Origin: Candidatus Latescibacterota bacterium
GTDB taxonomy: Bacteria; Latescibacterota; UBA2968; UBA8231
Direction: 5' to 3'
Assembly (NCBI GenBank): GCA_965242865.1
Contig: CBDETK010000013.1
Coordinates: 1,792,001-1,856,000 of the forward strand
Length of the DNA: 64,000 nucleotides
The translations under genes were made by a program, and so were the position numbers. Shown here one piece after another: positions 51,946 to 60,419 of the stretch. Position 1 is the first letter of the stretch, and each line of letters opens with the position of its first letter. The notes below the pieces were generated by a model that saw only the letters and a program-made list of their open reading frames with translations, was not told the origin of the DNA and did not search any database.

Positions 51946-52578
51946 CTAAAAATTCAGCTTCAACCGCAGGGCGGGAACGGCCGTTTCGCGCCCGGGCAAA
52001 GCACCCAGCTCTACGCTCGTGGCCACCTTGTTGATGGCTTGGACTTGGTCGCGCAGGTGGGCCAAGGACGCGATCTTGACCCACGCCGACAGGGGCATCC
52101 AACCGGCCGCTGTCTCCGCCCCGGTCAACAGGGCCGTTCCCACAGCCGTCACCGTAAAGCCCATGAGCGCGAGCCCCTGTTTGTGTTCCCCAATGTAGAA
52201 ATAGCCCGCGCCCGGCACGGGTAGCTCTAGCAGGAAGGCCACCAGCCCGGACTTTGGCTGCTGGTACGCGGCGCGGCGCGCCTGAATCCGCTGCGGCCCC
52301 AGCGTGCGCAACGAGCGAATTTCGGCCAGCGAGTATGCGGCCTCCCGCTCCTGCAAGGCCCCAACGACCTCGACGACCGCCACTGAATCCGCCGCAATCT
52401 CCTCCACGCGCAACGAGCGCACCCGACCATCGGCAAACGTGGCTTCGCCCCACGCCGCTTCGGCCTGCATTTCTTGCAGCAGGCTCCGCACCTGTTCGGT
52501 CTCCATGGCCGCCTCAGCCCCGCGCACCACCAGCAGAATCGCCGGCAACCAAATCCATAATCGCATGTTCCACCTCAT
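51946..52578 (-). CDS. Hypothetical exported protein with TM2-like segment
   Basis: Signal peptide; KSGLVAFLLEL.VPGAGYFYIG motif. Confidence 0.6.
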   Translation of the reverse strand: MRWNMRLWIWLPAILLVVRGAEAAMETEQVRSLLQEMQAEAAWGEATFADGRVRSLRVEEIAADSVAVVEVVGALQEREAAYSLAEIRSLRTLGPQRIQARRAAYQQPKSGLVAFLLELPVPGAGYFYIGEHKQGLALMGFTVTAVGTALLTGAETAAGWMPLSAWVKIASLAHLRDQVQAINKVATSVELGALPGRETAVPALRLKLNF

Positions 52579-52696
52579 TGGGAAATTGTCGCTTTTGCCT
52601 TTTCAATCTACCCGCCGCCTCTTCTTCCTGTCAAGCCGCCACGCCCCCGACAGCCCATTGCTCGCCCCACGGTCAAACCCTATCTTCAAAACGCTC

Positions 52697-53482
52697 ATGC
52701 AGGCCCAACTCCAACAAGCCATAGCCGCCACGCGCGAGGCCGGGGCACTGACCTTGCAGTACTTCGGCGGGCCGCTCAAGGTCGCGTACAAAGACCGGAA
52801 CGACCCGCTGACCGCGGCTGACCTCCAAGCCGATGCTTACCTCAAGCAAGCCCTGCGGGACTTGCGCCCAGACTGCGGCTGGCTCTCCGAAGAGACGGTC
52901 GACGACCGCCAACGCCTGCAAAAAGAAGCCGTGTGGATCGTCGATCCAATAGACGGCACGCGCGAGTTTGTCGAAGGCATTCCCGAATACGTGGTCGCCG
53001 TGGCCTTAGTCGAAGGCGGCGTGCCGACCTTAGCGGTGATCCACAACCCCGCGCAAGCGGAAGTATTTGCGGCCGTAGCGGGCAGCGGCACCTTCCGCAA
53101 CGGTCGGCGCGTGTTTTGCAGCGAGGTCCAATCCCTCAGCCAAGCTACGGTCGTGGTCAGCCGCAGCGAGACTAAACGGGGCGAGATTGACCCCTTTCGC
53201 CCGCACCTCGGCACCATCCGCCCGGTTGGCAGCGTCGCCTACAAGCTGGCCTTAGTCGCGGCCGGGGCCTGCGATCTCAACTTTAGCGTCCAAGACAAAA
53301 ACGAGTGGGATGTTTGCGCCGGCGACCTGCTGGTGCGCGAGGCGGGCGGCCTCATGCACACGCGCGATTGCCAAGTGCGGACCTACAACCAAGCAGACCC
53401 TCTCATCCGCCGCGGCCTCGCGGCCGGCAACGCGCCATTGGTCACACACCTTCTCCGTCTAATGCGGGAGCAAGAGCAATGA
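52697..53482 (+). CDS. cysQ: 3'(2'),5'-bisphosphate nucleotidase / inositol monophosphatase family
   Basis: PLT.AD, WLSEE, WIVDPIDGTREF, EWDVCAG. Confidence 0.82.
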   Translation: MQAQLQQAIAATREAGALTLQYFGGPLKVAYKDRNDPLTAADLQADAYLKQALRDLRPDCGWLSEETVDDRQRLQKEAVWIVDPIDGTREFVEGIPEYVVAVALVEGGVPTLAVIHNPAQAEVFAAVAGSGTFRNGRRVFCSEVQSLSQATVVVSRSETKRGEIDPFRPHLGTIRPVGSVAYKLALVAAGACDLNFSVQDKNEWDVCAGDLLVREAGGLMHTRDCQVRTYNQADPLIRRGLAAGNAPLVTHLLRLMREQEQ

Positions 53483-55173
53483 CAACGGCCCGGCTCGCAG
53501 CGGATTTTGTCGAAGAGTACGCCACCCTCCTCGAGCTCAGTGGCACCTCCCCCTTCCGGGTCCGCGCCTACGCAAACGCCGTGCGGGCCCTCGAAACCCT
53601 ACCGGCGCCGCTCGACGAGCTCCTCGCGGCCGGGACCCTGACCGAGGTCAAAGGGATCGGCGACCGCGTGGCCGAACTGGTCGCCGAGTTTGCCGACACC
53701 GGCACCGCCCAAGCCTACGAAAAGCTACGGGCCGCCACGCCCGAGGGGCTGCTCGACATGCTGCGGGTCCCGAACTTGGGGCCGCGCAAGATCAACGCCA
53801 TCCGCCAAGCCCTCGGCGTCGAATCCCTCAGCACCCTCGAACAAGCCTGCCGCGCCGGCCAACTCGCCGGGCTCAAGGGCTTTGGCGCCAAGACCCAAGC
53901 GACCATTCTCAAGGGCGTCGAGTACATCCGCGCCCACGAGGGGCACTGCCGAGTCGATACCGCGCACCGCAGTGCTCAACGCCTGCTCGCCGCCCTGACC
54001 CCCCACGCCCGGCAGCTCGCCGTTGCCGGAGCACTGCGCCGAGCGCGGGAGACGGTCCAACAGCTCGACTTCGTACTCAGCACCCCGGACGAGGAGGCTG
54101 CAACTGCGGCCTTTGCCTCCCACCCGGATGTCGCCGAAGTCCTCGCGCCGGGTGCAACAAGGCTGTCCTGCGGGCTGCGAGCCAACTTGCACGTGGTCCC
54201 CAACGCGGCCTTCTCGGCCGCCCTACACCATTACACCGGCAACGAGGAACACCGCGCTGCAATACGCGCCAAGGCCGCCGAGCGCGGACTGGTCCTCAAT
54301 GAACGCGGCCTCTGGCGCGGCACTGAGCGCATCGAGTGTGCGGATGAAGCGGCCTTGTTCGCCGCCTTGCGCCTCGCGTACATCCCGCCGACATTGCGCG
54401 AGAACCGCGGCGAAGTCGAGGAGGCCGCCTTCCATACACTGCCCAAGCTGGTGACGACCGCCGACATTCGCGGCCTGCTCCACCTGCATTCGACGTATTC
54501 GGATGGGGCCGACAGCCTAGCGGCCATGGCCTGCGCCGTGCGGGAGCGCGGCTTTGAGTACATGGGCATTGCCGACCACAGCCAGACCGCGGCCTATGCC
54601 GGCGGGCTTAGCGTGGCCCAAGTCCAGCACCAGTGGGAGGAAATCGACCGGCTCAACGAGTCGCTGGCGCCCTTCCGCATCTTCAAGGGCATTGAGTCCG
54701 ATATCCGCGGCGACGGCTCGCTCGACTACGACGACGACCTGCTGGCGCGCTTCGACTTCGTGGTCGTCTCCGTCCATTCGCAGTTCAACCTGAGCCGCGA
54801 CGCCATGACCGCCCGCATCGTCCGCGCCATTGAGCACCCGGCCGCGACCATCGTCGGCCATCCAACCGGGCGGTTGCTCCTCAGCCGCGAGGGCTACGCC
54901 GTCGAGATCGAACCCATCATCCGAGCCGCCGCCCGCTGTGGAGTCGCCCTCGAAATCAACGCCCATCCCGCGCGGCTCGACCTCGACTGGCGGCACGTCA
55001 AAAAGGCGTGCGACCACGGCGTCCAAATCTCCGTCAACACCGACGCCCACAGCGTCGCCGGTCTGGACCATCTCCGCTACGGCGTCGGCATCGCCCGCAA
55101 GGGCTGGCTCCGCGCCCCCGATGTCCTCAACACCCTCAGCCGCGAAGCCATTGCCGCTTGGTTCCAACGCTAA
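53479..55173 (+). CDS. polX: Family X DNA polymerase/PHP 3'-5' exonuclease with altered polymerase active site
   Basis: PFRVRAY, HhH motifs, AG.LRR..ET; PHP motifs H.HSTYSDG, DHS, GIESDI, GHPTGR, EINA, NTDAH. Confidence 0.92.
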   Translation: MTTARLAADFVEEYATLLELSGTSPFRVRAYANAVRALETLPAPLDELLAAGTLTEVKGIGDRVAELVAEFADTGTAQAYEKLRAATPEGLLDMLRVPNLGPRKINAIRQALGVESLSTLEQACRAGQLAGLKGFGAKTQATILKGVEYIRAHEGHCRVDTAHRSAQRLLAALTPHARQLAVAGALRRARETVQQLDFVLSTPDEEAATAAFASHPDVAEVLAPGATRLSCGLRANLHVVPNAAFSAALHHYTGNEEHRAAIRAKAAERGLVLNERGLWRGTERIECADEAALFAALRLAYIPPTLRENRGEVEEAAFHTLPKLVTTADIRGLLHLHSTYSDGADSLAAMACAVRERGFEYMGIADHSQTAAYAGGLSVAQVQHQWEEIDRLNESLAPFRIFKGIESDIRGDGSLDYDDDLLARFDFVVVSVHSQFNLSRDAMTARIVRAIEHPAATIVGHPTGRLLLSREGYAVEIEPIIRAAARCGVALEINAHPARLDLDWRHVKKACDHGVQISVNTDAHSVAGLDHLRYGVGIARKGWLRAPDVLNTLSREAIAAWFQR

Positions 55174-55221
55174 AAAAGACCGTGTCGCACTTTGGCTATC
55201 AAACTAAGTAAAATTTCGTAA

Positions 55222-57195
55222 ATGGTTGTTTTTAATAAACTTATGAGGGGGGGGGAATCCACCCTTCTTATCGCCTTCCTCGCCATCTTGGGCACCACCC
55301 ACATCCTCGTCCGCACTGCCTCCTACGGCACCGCGATCACCACGGATTCCACAGTTTTCCTATCCACAGCCCTGAACTTCCTCGCGGGACAGGGCTGGCG
55401 AGATTTCGCGGGCAACCCATCGGTAGAATGGCCGCCCTTGTTCCCCCTGTTGCTGGTGGCCTTCGGCTGGGTCGGCATCGATCCGCTGGCGGCGGGTCGG
55501 TATATCAACGCCACCGCCTTCGGACTGATCATCTTCGCCGCGGGGTGCTGGCTGCGCTCGAATCTCCGGTCGCGGTGGCTGGTGCTAGCCGCCACCGCGA
55601 CCATTGCGACCTCCCTGTCCTTGAGCGATTGGGCATCCAACTTTAGAACCGACATCCTCTTCTACCTGTTTACGCTCCTCGCCTTAATTCAATTGGCGGC
55701 CGTCCTCAAGTGGCGGACAGACGCACCCCTGTGGTGGGCGGCGGTTTTCACTGCGCTAGCCGCGCTGACCCGCTATCCGGGCGTGGTCCTGATCGGCGTC
55801 GGCGTCCTGCTGCTGCTGGTGCGCCGCACCCCGCCGCTGGCGGTCCGGTTGAAGCACGCTGTCGTATTTGGTGCGGTCTCTTCCTTTCCCCTCGCGTTGG
55901 TGCTGATGTACAACTGGGCGGTCTCTGGGCACCTGACTGGGCCGCGTAGAAACGCGTCTGGGCAATCCCTATCCGATGGGCTGAGCCAGACCGTCAACAT
56001 ATTCCGCGAGTGGGTCGTCCCTCCAAACGCGCCGGACTGGTTGGGTTATCTCCTGTGGCTGGCTTTCGGGGCGGTCGGGCTAGCCGGCGCGGCGGTCGTC
56101 CTGCGCGGCGGCAGAGCACCCACAAGGGACGCTGCCGACCAGTCATCCTTCGGCGGCTGGTATGACCCAAAGGCCACGCCATCGCAGGTCCGCTTGGGGC
56201 CGGCTCTACTTTTCGGGGTGTTCGCCAAAATCTACATCGTATTGATGGTCGTCGTGCCATTATTCGCATTGCCTGTGGGCATCGAAAGCCGTTACTTGCT
56301 GCCCGTGTATGTGCCGTTGCTGTTGGCAGCGGCGTTCTTGCTGGATCGGTTCCTATCCAGCGAGGCGACGGGTCGGATGGCCGCCATCCGCTATGGGCTG
56401 GTGCCCCTCGTTCTGCTGGGTGCCCTCGCCCACATCGGCTTCTCGGCGCGAGAAAACCTCCATTATACCGCCCAAGCACAGGTAGCCGGATACCCCGCCC
56501 AAGCGTACAACGCCGCTCGTTGGCAGCATTCCGAGACCATGAATTACATCCGGGACCACCGCATGAAGGGCAAGATTTACAGCAACGCCGCCCCTCTTGC
56601 TTGGTTTGCGAGTCGGATCGCCGCCCCGGGTAAGTACGCAGGTCTCCCGACATGGTTCAAAGCCGGTACACATATCGTTTGGTTCCGGGAGTCCCCACTC
56701 GAGTTCCATTACGGCCCCCACCTCATAGACTTCCACCTCCTGCCCGGCGTGGAACCTGTGGCCGAACTGGCCGATGGCGTTGTATTCCGCGTAACGGCGG
56801 CCGGAGCCTTCGATCCAAAAAGTCGTCGCGCCCGGAAACAACGCTACGTGCAGGGACTCATCGAACGGAGCGGCGAGCAGGTGATCCGCGCCGACTGGGA
56901 CGTGTACCGCAACGGACGCAAGCTGACGTACCGCAAAAAGCCGTGTGCCCCCGCCGACGTGCTGACGAGTTTCGTTTTGCAAGTCAGCCCCATCGATCCG
57001 GCCGGCCGCCAGCCGCACGACTTTGATAACTTCGACTTCTATTTCTTCAGACAGGCGGGCGTATGGCTCGACGACCAGTGTGTCGTGACCGCCCAACTAC
57101 CCGGCTACGCCATCGACCGCATTCGGGTCGGCCAGTGGAGTTCCAACGGGAACCGCACCCTCTGGGACGCGGAGTTTTCGCCGGCCGGTGGGTGA
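55222..57195 (+). CDS. GT-C/PMT-like (glycosyltransferase family 39-like) multi-pass membrane protein
   Basis: DS..FLS.A.N...G.G, WPPLFPLLL, LTRY.G, RYLLPVY; many TM helices and a soluble C-terminal domain. Confidence 0.65.
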   Translation: MVVFNKLMRGGESTLLIAFLAILGTTHILVRTASYGTAITTDSTVFLSTALNFLAGQGWRDFAGNPSVEWPPLFPLLLVAFGWVGIDPLAAGRYINATAFGLIIFAAGCWLRSNLRSRWLVLAATATIATSLSLSDWASNFRTDILFYLFTLLALIQLAAVLKWRTDAPLWWAAVFTALAALTRYPGVVLIGVGVLLLLVRRTPPLAVRLKHAVVFGAVSSFPLALVLMYNWAVSGHLTGPRRNASGQSLSDGLSQTVNIFREWVVPPNAPDWLGYLLWLAFGAVGLAGAAVVLRGGRAPTRDAADQSSFGGWYDPKATPSQVRLGPALLFGVFAKIYIVLMVVVPLFALPVGIESRYLLPVYVPLLLAAAFLLDRFLSSEATGRMAAIRYGLVPLVLLGALAHIGFSARENLHYTAQAQVAGYPAQAYNAARWQHSETMNYIRDHRMKGKIYSNAAPLAWFASRIAAPGKYAGLPTWFKAGTHIVWFRESPLEFHYGPHLIDFHLLPGVEPVAELADGVVFRVTAAGAFDPKSRRARKQRYVQGLIERSGEQVIRADWDVYRNGRKLTYRKKPCAPADVLTSFVLQVSPIDPAGRQPHDFDNFDFYFFRQAGVWLDDQCVVTAQLPGYAIDRIRVGQWSSNGNRTLWDAEFSPAGG

Positions 57196-57207
57196 GGACG
57201 CCCCATC

Positions 57208-57807
57208 TTGCCGCCTCGTCTCGTCGGCTTGGCCGGACCGTCCGGCGCCGGTAAAACCACGCTGGCCCGTGCGCTCCAGACCCACCTGCCCGGCCCGACC
57301 ACCGTGCTTTCCCTCGATGCGTACTACCGCGACTTGGCCGCCCTGTCCGCAGCCGCAAGAACCCGCGTCAATTTCGACGCCCCCGACGCCATAGATCACC
57401 CACGCCTCGCCGCTGACCTGCGCCAACTCGCGGCTGGCCACCGCGTCGAAATCCCGGTGTACGACTTTGCCACCCACACGCGCCAAGCGCACCAGCAGAG
57501 CCTCGCCCCGGCCGACTTCCTGATCGTCGAGGGCCTCTTCGCGCTCTATTGGCCCGCCATCAACACCCTCTACCACCTGCGCCTCTTCGTCGCAGCCGCC
57601 GACGCGCTCTGCTTGGAACGCCGCCTCGCCCGCGACCGCATGGAGCGCGGCCGTTCCGCCGCCTCGGTCCGCGCCCAGTACCAAGAACAGGTCCGCCCCA
57701 TGTACCGCCGCCACATCCAACCCACCGCCCGCCACGCCGACCTAATCCTCGACGGCAGCACCCCCATCGAAAAACAGGTCGCCGCCACCCTAGACGCCCT
57801 GTGGTAG
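57208..57807 (+). CDS. udk: Uridine kinase
   Basis: GLAGPSGAGKTT, LDAYYRD, NFDAPDAID, PVYDF.TH.R, IVEG, RR..RD..ERGR. Confidence 0.92.
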   Translation: MPPRLVGLAGPSGAGKTTLARALQTHLPGPTTVLSLDAYYRDLAALSAAARTRVNFDAPDAIDHPRLAADLRQLAAGHRVEIPVYDFATHTRQAHQQSLAPADFLIVEGLFALYWPAINTLYHLRLFVAAADALCLERRLARDRMERGRSAASVRAQYQEQVRPMYRRHIQPTARHADLILDGSTPIEKQVAATLDALW

Positions 57808-57831
57808 GGACAACCCTCGTGGTTGTCCCTA
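57805..57831. repeat. GTAG-type REP-like stem-loop (target of the adjacent element; partial copy at 60367-60387)
   Basis: tagggacaacc-ctcgt-ggttgtcccta perfect 11-bp stem; acaaccctcgtggttg repeats exactly at 60367-60382. Confidence 0.8.
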
Positions 57832-57949
57832 GAAGCGGTCTGCTCCGCAAACCACCTTGGGGCATGTTGAACAAGCTCTGAGGATTGCCGTAGAAGTAAG
57901 CAGGTTGCGGCTTCTGTGTTTGGGCTTTTTATTAAAGAACCTACAATCA

Positions 57950-58050
57950 GGGCCGGCCCCCCGTGCCTGCCCGTTAGAATCCCGTTGGGGCAGGCCCCCG
58001 TGCCTGCCCGTTAGAATCCCGTTGGGGCAGGCCCCCGTGCCTGCCCGTTA
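57950..58050. repeat. Tandem 37-bp REP-like units (about 2.7 copies)
   Basis: Unit ggggcaggcccccgtgcctgcccgttagaatcccgtt with an internal gggcaggc/gcctgccc hairpin; linkers identical. Confidence 0.85.
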
Positions 58051-58379
58051 CAGCGGCCCATTTGGGGTTAGCAAATGAACGAGACGATGGTTAAGCATTT
58101 CACATCAGGCAGGGGCCTTGCTGTGGGGCAAAACCCTGTTGGATGCTTGGAATCATCGTCGGATTTAATGTGTCGTAAGTCGTTGAAAAACAACAACTTA
58201 CCCTCCCCCCCCGAAAATTCTCCGCTAGCACCAAGCACTAAACTCTCTACTTCTCTGCATAGGCCGACGGCTCGTGTGCGGCTGTTGGGCGTCGCGTCGG
58301 TCTGCCCGCGTGGCCCCAAGCGCACGCTACCGTGCGGCCTTTGTGCTGATCCCCGTTTACTGCACCACCCCCGCAATCA

Positions 58380-58523
58380 GTCTGCCAAGGACCGAGAGCG
58401 GAATCTCTTCGACCCAGACACCGCGAGAACACTAGCAAAGGCGCACCCACAGCAAGGGGCGCGTCCTGAGCACTCCAAGTTAGCCCTAGGGCTAGCTCTG
58501 CCTCTTTCGGGGCGTCATGCCCC
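58380..58523 (+). ncRNA. Candidate structured 5' leader RNA
   Basis: Successive hairpins: gtctg/cagac enclosing gaga/tctc, gcgcaccc/ggggcgc, tagccctagggcta, ggggc/gcccc. Ends ~30 nt before the AAGGAG RBS. Family not recognised. Confidence 0.35.
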
Positions 58524-58564
58524 TCTTCCAATCTCCACACCATATCCACACAAAGGAGCAAAAA

Positions 58565-60235
58565 ATGCTTTCGTTGAAATCTCTCAAAACCCTGTTTGCG
58601 TTCGTCCTTTTGGGCATCGTCAGCACTTGGATGGGCTGCTCGGACTCCGCGCCGGTGGCCTCTCGGCCGGCGGGCAAAGCCACCTGTTCCTTGTGCGAGT
58701 TCTTGGGCGACGACGCCTACACCGCTACCGACGGACTGGCCGCCCGGGAAAGCCCCGACACCACCCAGACCGAAGCCGAAGCCGAGACCGACAGCACCCA
58801 GACCGCTGACGCCGATAGCACCCAAGCGACCACCGTGGAGTTCGCCGACGCCAATCTAGAGCGGGCGGTGCGGGAAGCGTTGGATCGCCCGCAAGGGCCG
58901 CTGACCCCGGCAGACTTGGCCGCCCTGACCGAACTTGACGCGAGCTATAAAAACATTGAGAGCGTGGCCGGCCTCGAACACGCCACGGCCCTGACAACGT
59001 TGTATCTGCGAGGCAACGCGATTACCGATGTGCAGCCGTTGGCCAGTCTGACCAATCTTCAAACGTTGTCGCTGTGGGGCAACAAGGTGGCGGATGCGAG
59101 TCCGCTGGCCAGCCTGATCAGCTTGCGCAAGCTGGATATGTGGGGCAACGAAATTACGGATGTACAGCCGTTCGCGGGCCTAACCAATCTGCAATTTCTC
59201 AATCTAGGGGACAACGACATTGCGGACGTGAGTCCCTTGGCCAGCCTGACCAACCTGAAATGGCTGGGCGTGATGGAAAACGGCCTTAGCCAGCACGCGG
59301 CCAACCAACAACTCGCCGCCGCGATAACAAGCGGCCTCCGCGTCGAAGCGGTAATAGAAAAATACCCCCGCGTCGAAACCGTCCAAGTCTATCCAGAAGA
59401 ACCGGAACCAGAGGAACCGGAACCAGTGCCCGTCATATACTGGACAGACTATACCACGTATAAGATTCAGCGGGCCGATTCGGATGGCGTAAACTCAAAC
59501 GTCCAAGACGTCGTCACAGGATTGGGTAATCCAGACGGCATCGCGCTGGACTTGGCGGGCAGAAAGATATACTGGACAGCCTATGGCGCGGATAAGATTC
59601 AGCGGGCCGATATGGATGGCGTAAACGAAAACGTCCAAGACGTCGTCACAGGATTGACGACCCCATTGGGCCTTGCGCTGGACTTGGTGGGCAGAAAGAT
59701 ATACTGGATAGACGATGGCACGGATAAGATTCAGCGGGCCGATATGGATGGCGTAAACGAAAACATCCAAGACGTCGTTACAACAGGATTGTCGTCCCCA
59801 TATGGCATCGCGCTGGACTTGACGAACAGAAAGATATACTGGACAGACTATGGCGCGGGCGTGAATAAGATTCAGCGGGCCGATATGGATGGCGTAAACG
59901 AAAACATCCAAGACGTCGTTACAGGATTGTTGTACCCATATGGCATCGCGCTGGACTTGGCGAACAGAAAGATGTACTGGACAGACTGGGGCACGGGCGC
60001 GGATAAGATTCAGCGGGCCGATATGGATGGCGTAAACGAAAACGTCCAAGACGTCGTCACAGGATTGGGTAATCCATTGGGCCTTGCGCTGGACTTGGCG
60101 AACAGAAAGATGTACTGGCCAGACAATACCACGGATAAGATTCAGCGGGCCGATATGGATGGCTTAAACGAAAACGTCCAAGACGTCGTCACAGGATTGA
60201 CGACCCCATCGGGCATCGCGCTGAGTATTCGGTAG
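58565..60235 (+). CDS. Lipoprotein with internalin-type leucine-rich repeats and a six-bladed YWTD (LDL-receptor class B) beta-propeller
   Basis: AAGGAG RBS, lipobox WMGC, FADANLE.AVR cap, 22-aa L..L.L.GN.I.DV.PLA.LTN repeats, EEPEP linker, six YWTD repeats. Confidence 0.9.
   Translation: MLSLKSLKTLFAFVLLGIVSTWMGCSDSAPVASRPAGKATCSLCEFLGDDAYTATDGLAARESPDTTQTEAEAETDSTQTADADSTQATTVEFADANLERAVREALDRPQGPLTPADLAALTELDASYKNIESVAGLEHATALTTLYLRGNAITDVQPLASLTNLQTLSLWGNKVADASPLASLISLRKLDMWGNEITDVQPFAGLTNLQFLNLGDNDIADVSPLASLTNLKWLGVMENGLSQHAANQQLAAAITSGLRVEAVIEKYPRVETVQVYPEEPEPEEPEPVPVIYWTDYTTYKIQRADSDGVNSNVQDVVTGLGNPDGIALDLAGRKIYWTAYGADKIQRADMDGVNENVQDVVTGLTTPLGLALDLVGRKIYWIDDGTDKIQRADMDGVNENIQDVVTTGLSSPYGIALDLTNRKIYWTDYGAGVNKIQRADMDGVNENIQDVVTGLLYPYGIALDLANRKMYWTDWGTGADKIQRADMDGVNENVQDVVTGLGNPLGLALDLANRKMYWPDNTTDKIQRADMDGLNENVQDVVTGLTTPSGIALSIR
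59435..60232 (+). repeat. Six near-identical ~132-138-bp coding repeats (YWTD blades)
   Basis: aagattcagcgggccgat...ggatggc.taaac..aaac.tccaagacgtcgt recurs six times. Confidence 0.95.
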
Positions 60236-60419
60236 TCGTAGAGGTTCACCTGCCCGGCTTGAATGGGTCGAGGCGCTGGGCTAAGGCCGAGCGGGAAGGA
60301 CGGCGACCGCCTCTACGGCTTGTTCAAAACGACCCAAGATAGGATTTGCGGAGCAGACCGCTTCTTACAACCCTCGTGGTTGCCCTTATCTGCGTCCCGC
60401 CCCACGCTCCAATGGCATC

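Larger units (their letters stand above)
57831..60365. mobile_element. Non-autonomous IS-like cargo element with ~47-bp terminal inverted repeats
   Basis: agaagcggtctgctccgcaaa (57831-57851) is the exact reverse complement of 60345-60365, and similarity extends to ttgaacaagc/gcttgttcaa. Flanked by a duplicated palindrome; no transposase inside. Confidence 0.75.

Noticed and set aside
57950-58050. 37-bp palindromic repeats as a CRISPR array
   Set aside because: Units are head-to-tail with identical linkers, with no unique spacers and no cas genes; they fit REP-like tandem repeats.
58420-58482. Glycine or c-di-GMP riboswitch call
   Set aside because: The resemblance is loose, and the conserved CTCTCAGG, GGCAAAC and GGTCTAA cores are absent. 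Kept only as an unnamed candidate RNA.
59435-60232. Regular repeats as a CRISPR array or DGR template/variable repeats
   Set aside because: They are in-frame protein repeats, differences include indels and are not adenine-specific, and the window has no reverse transcriptase.
60236-60317. Possible gene remnant on the minus strand (PSFPLGLSPAPRPIQAGQVNLYDY)
   Set aside because: Too short and without a recognisable motif.
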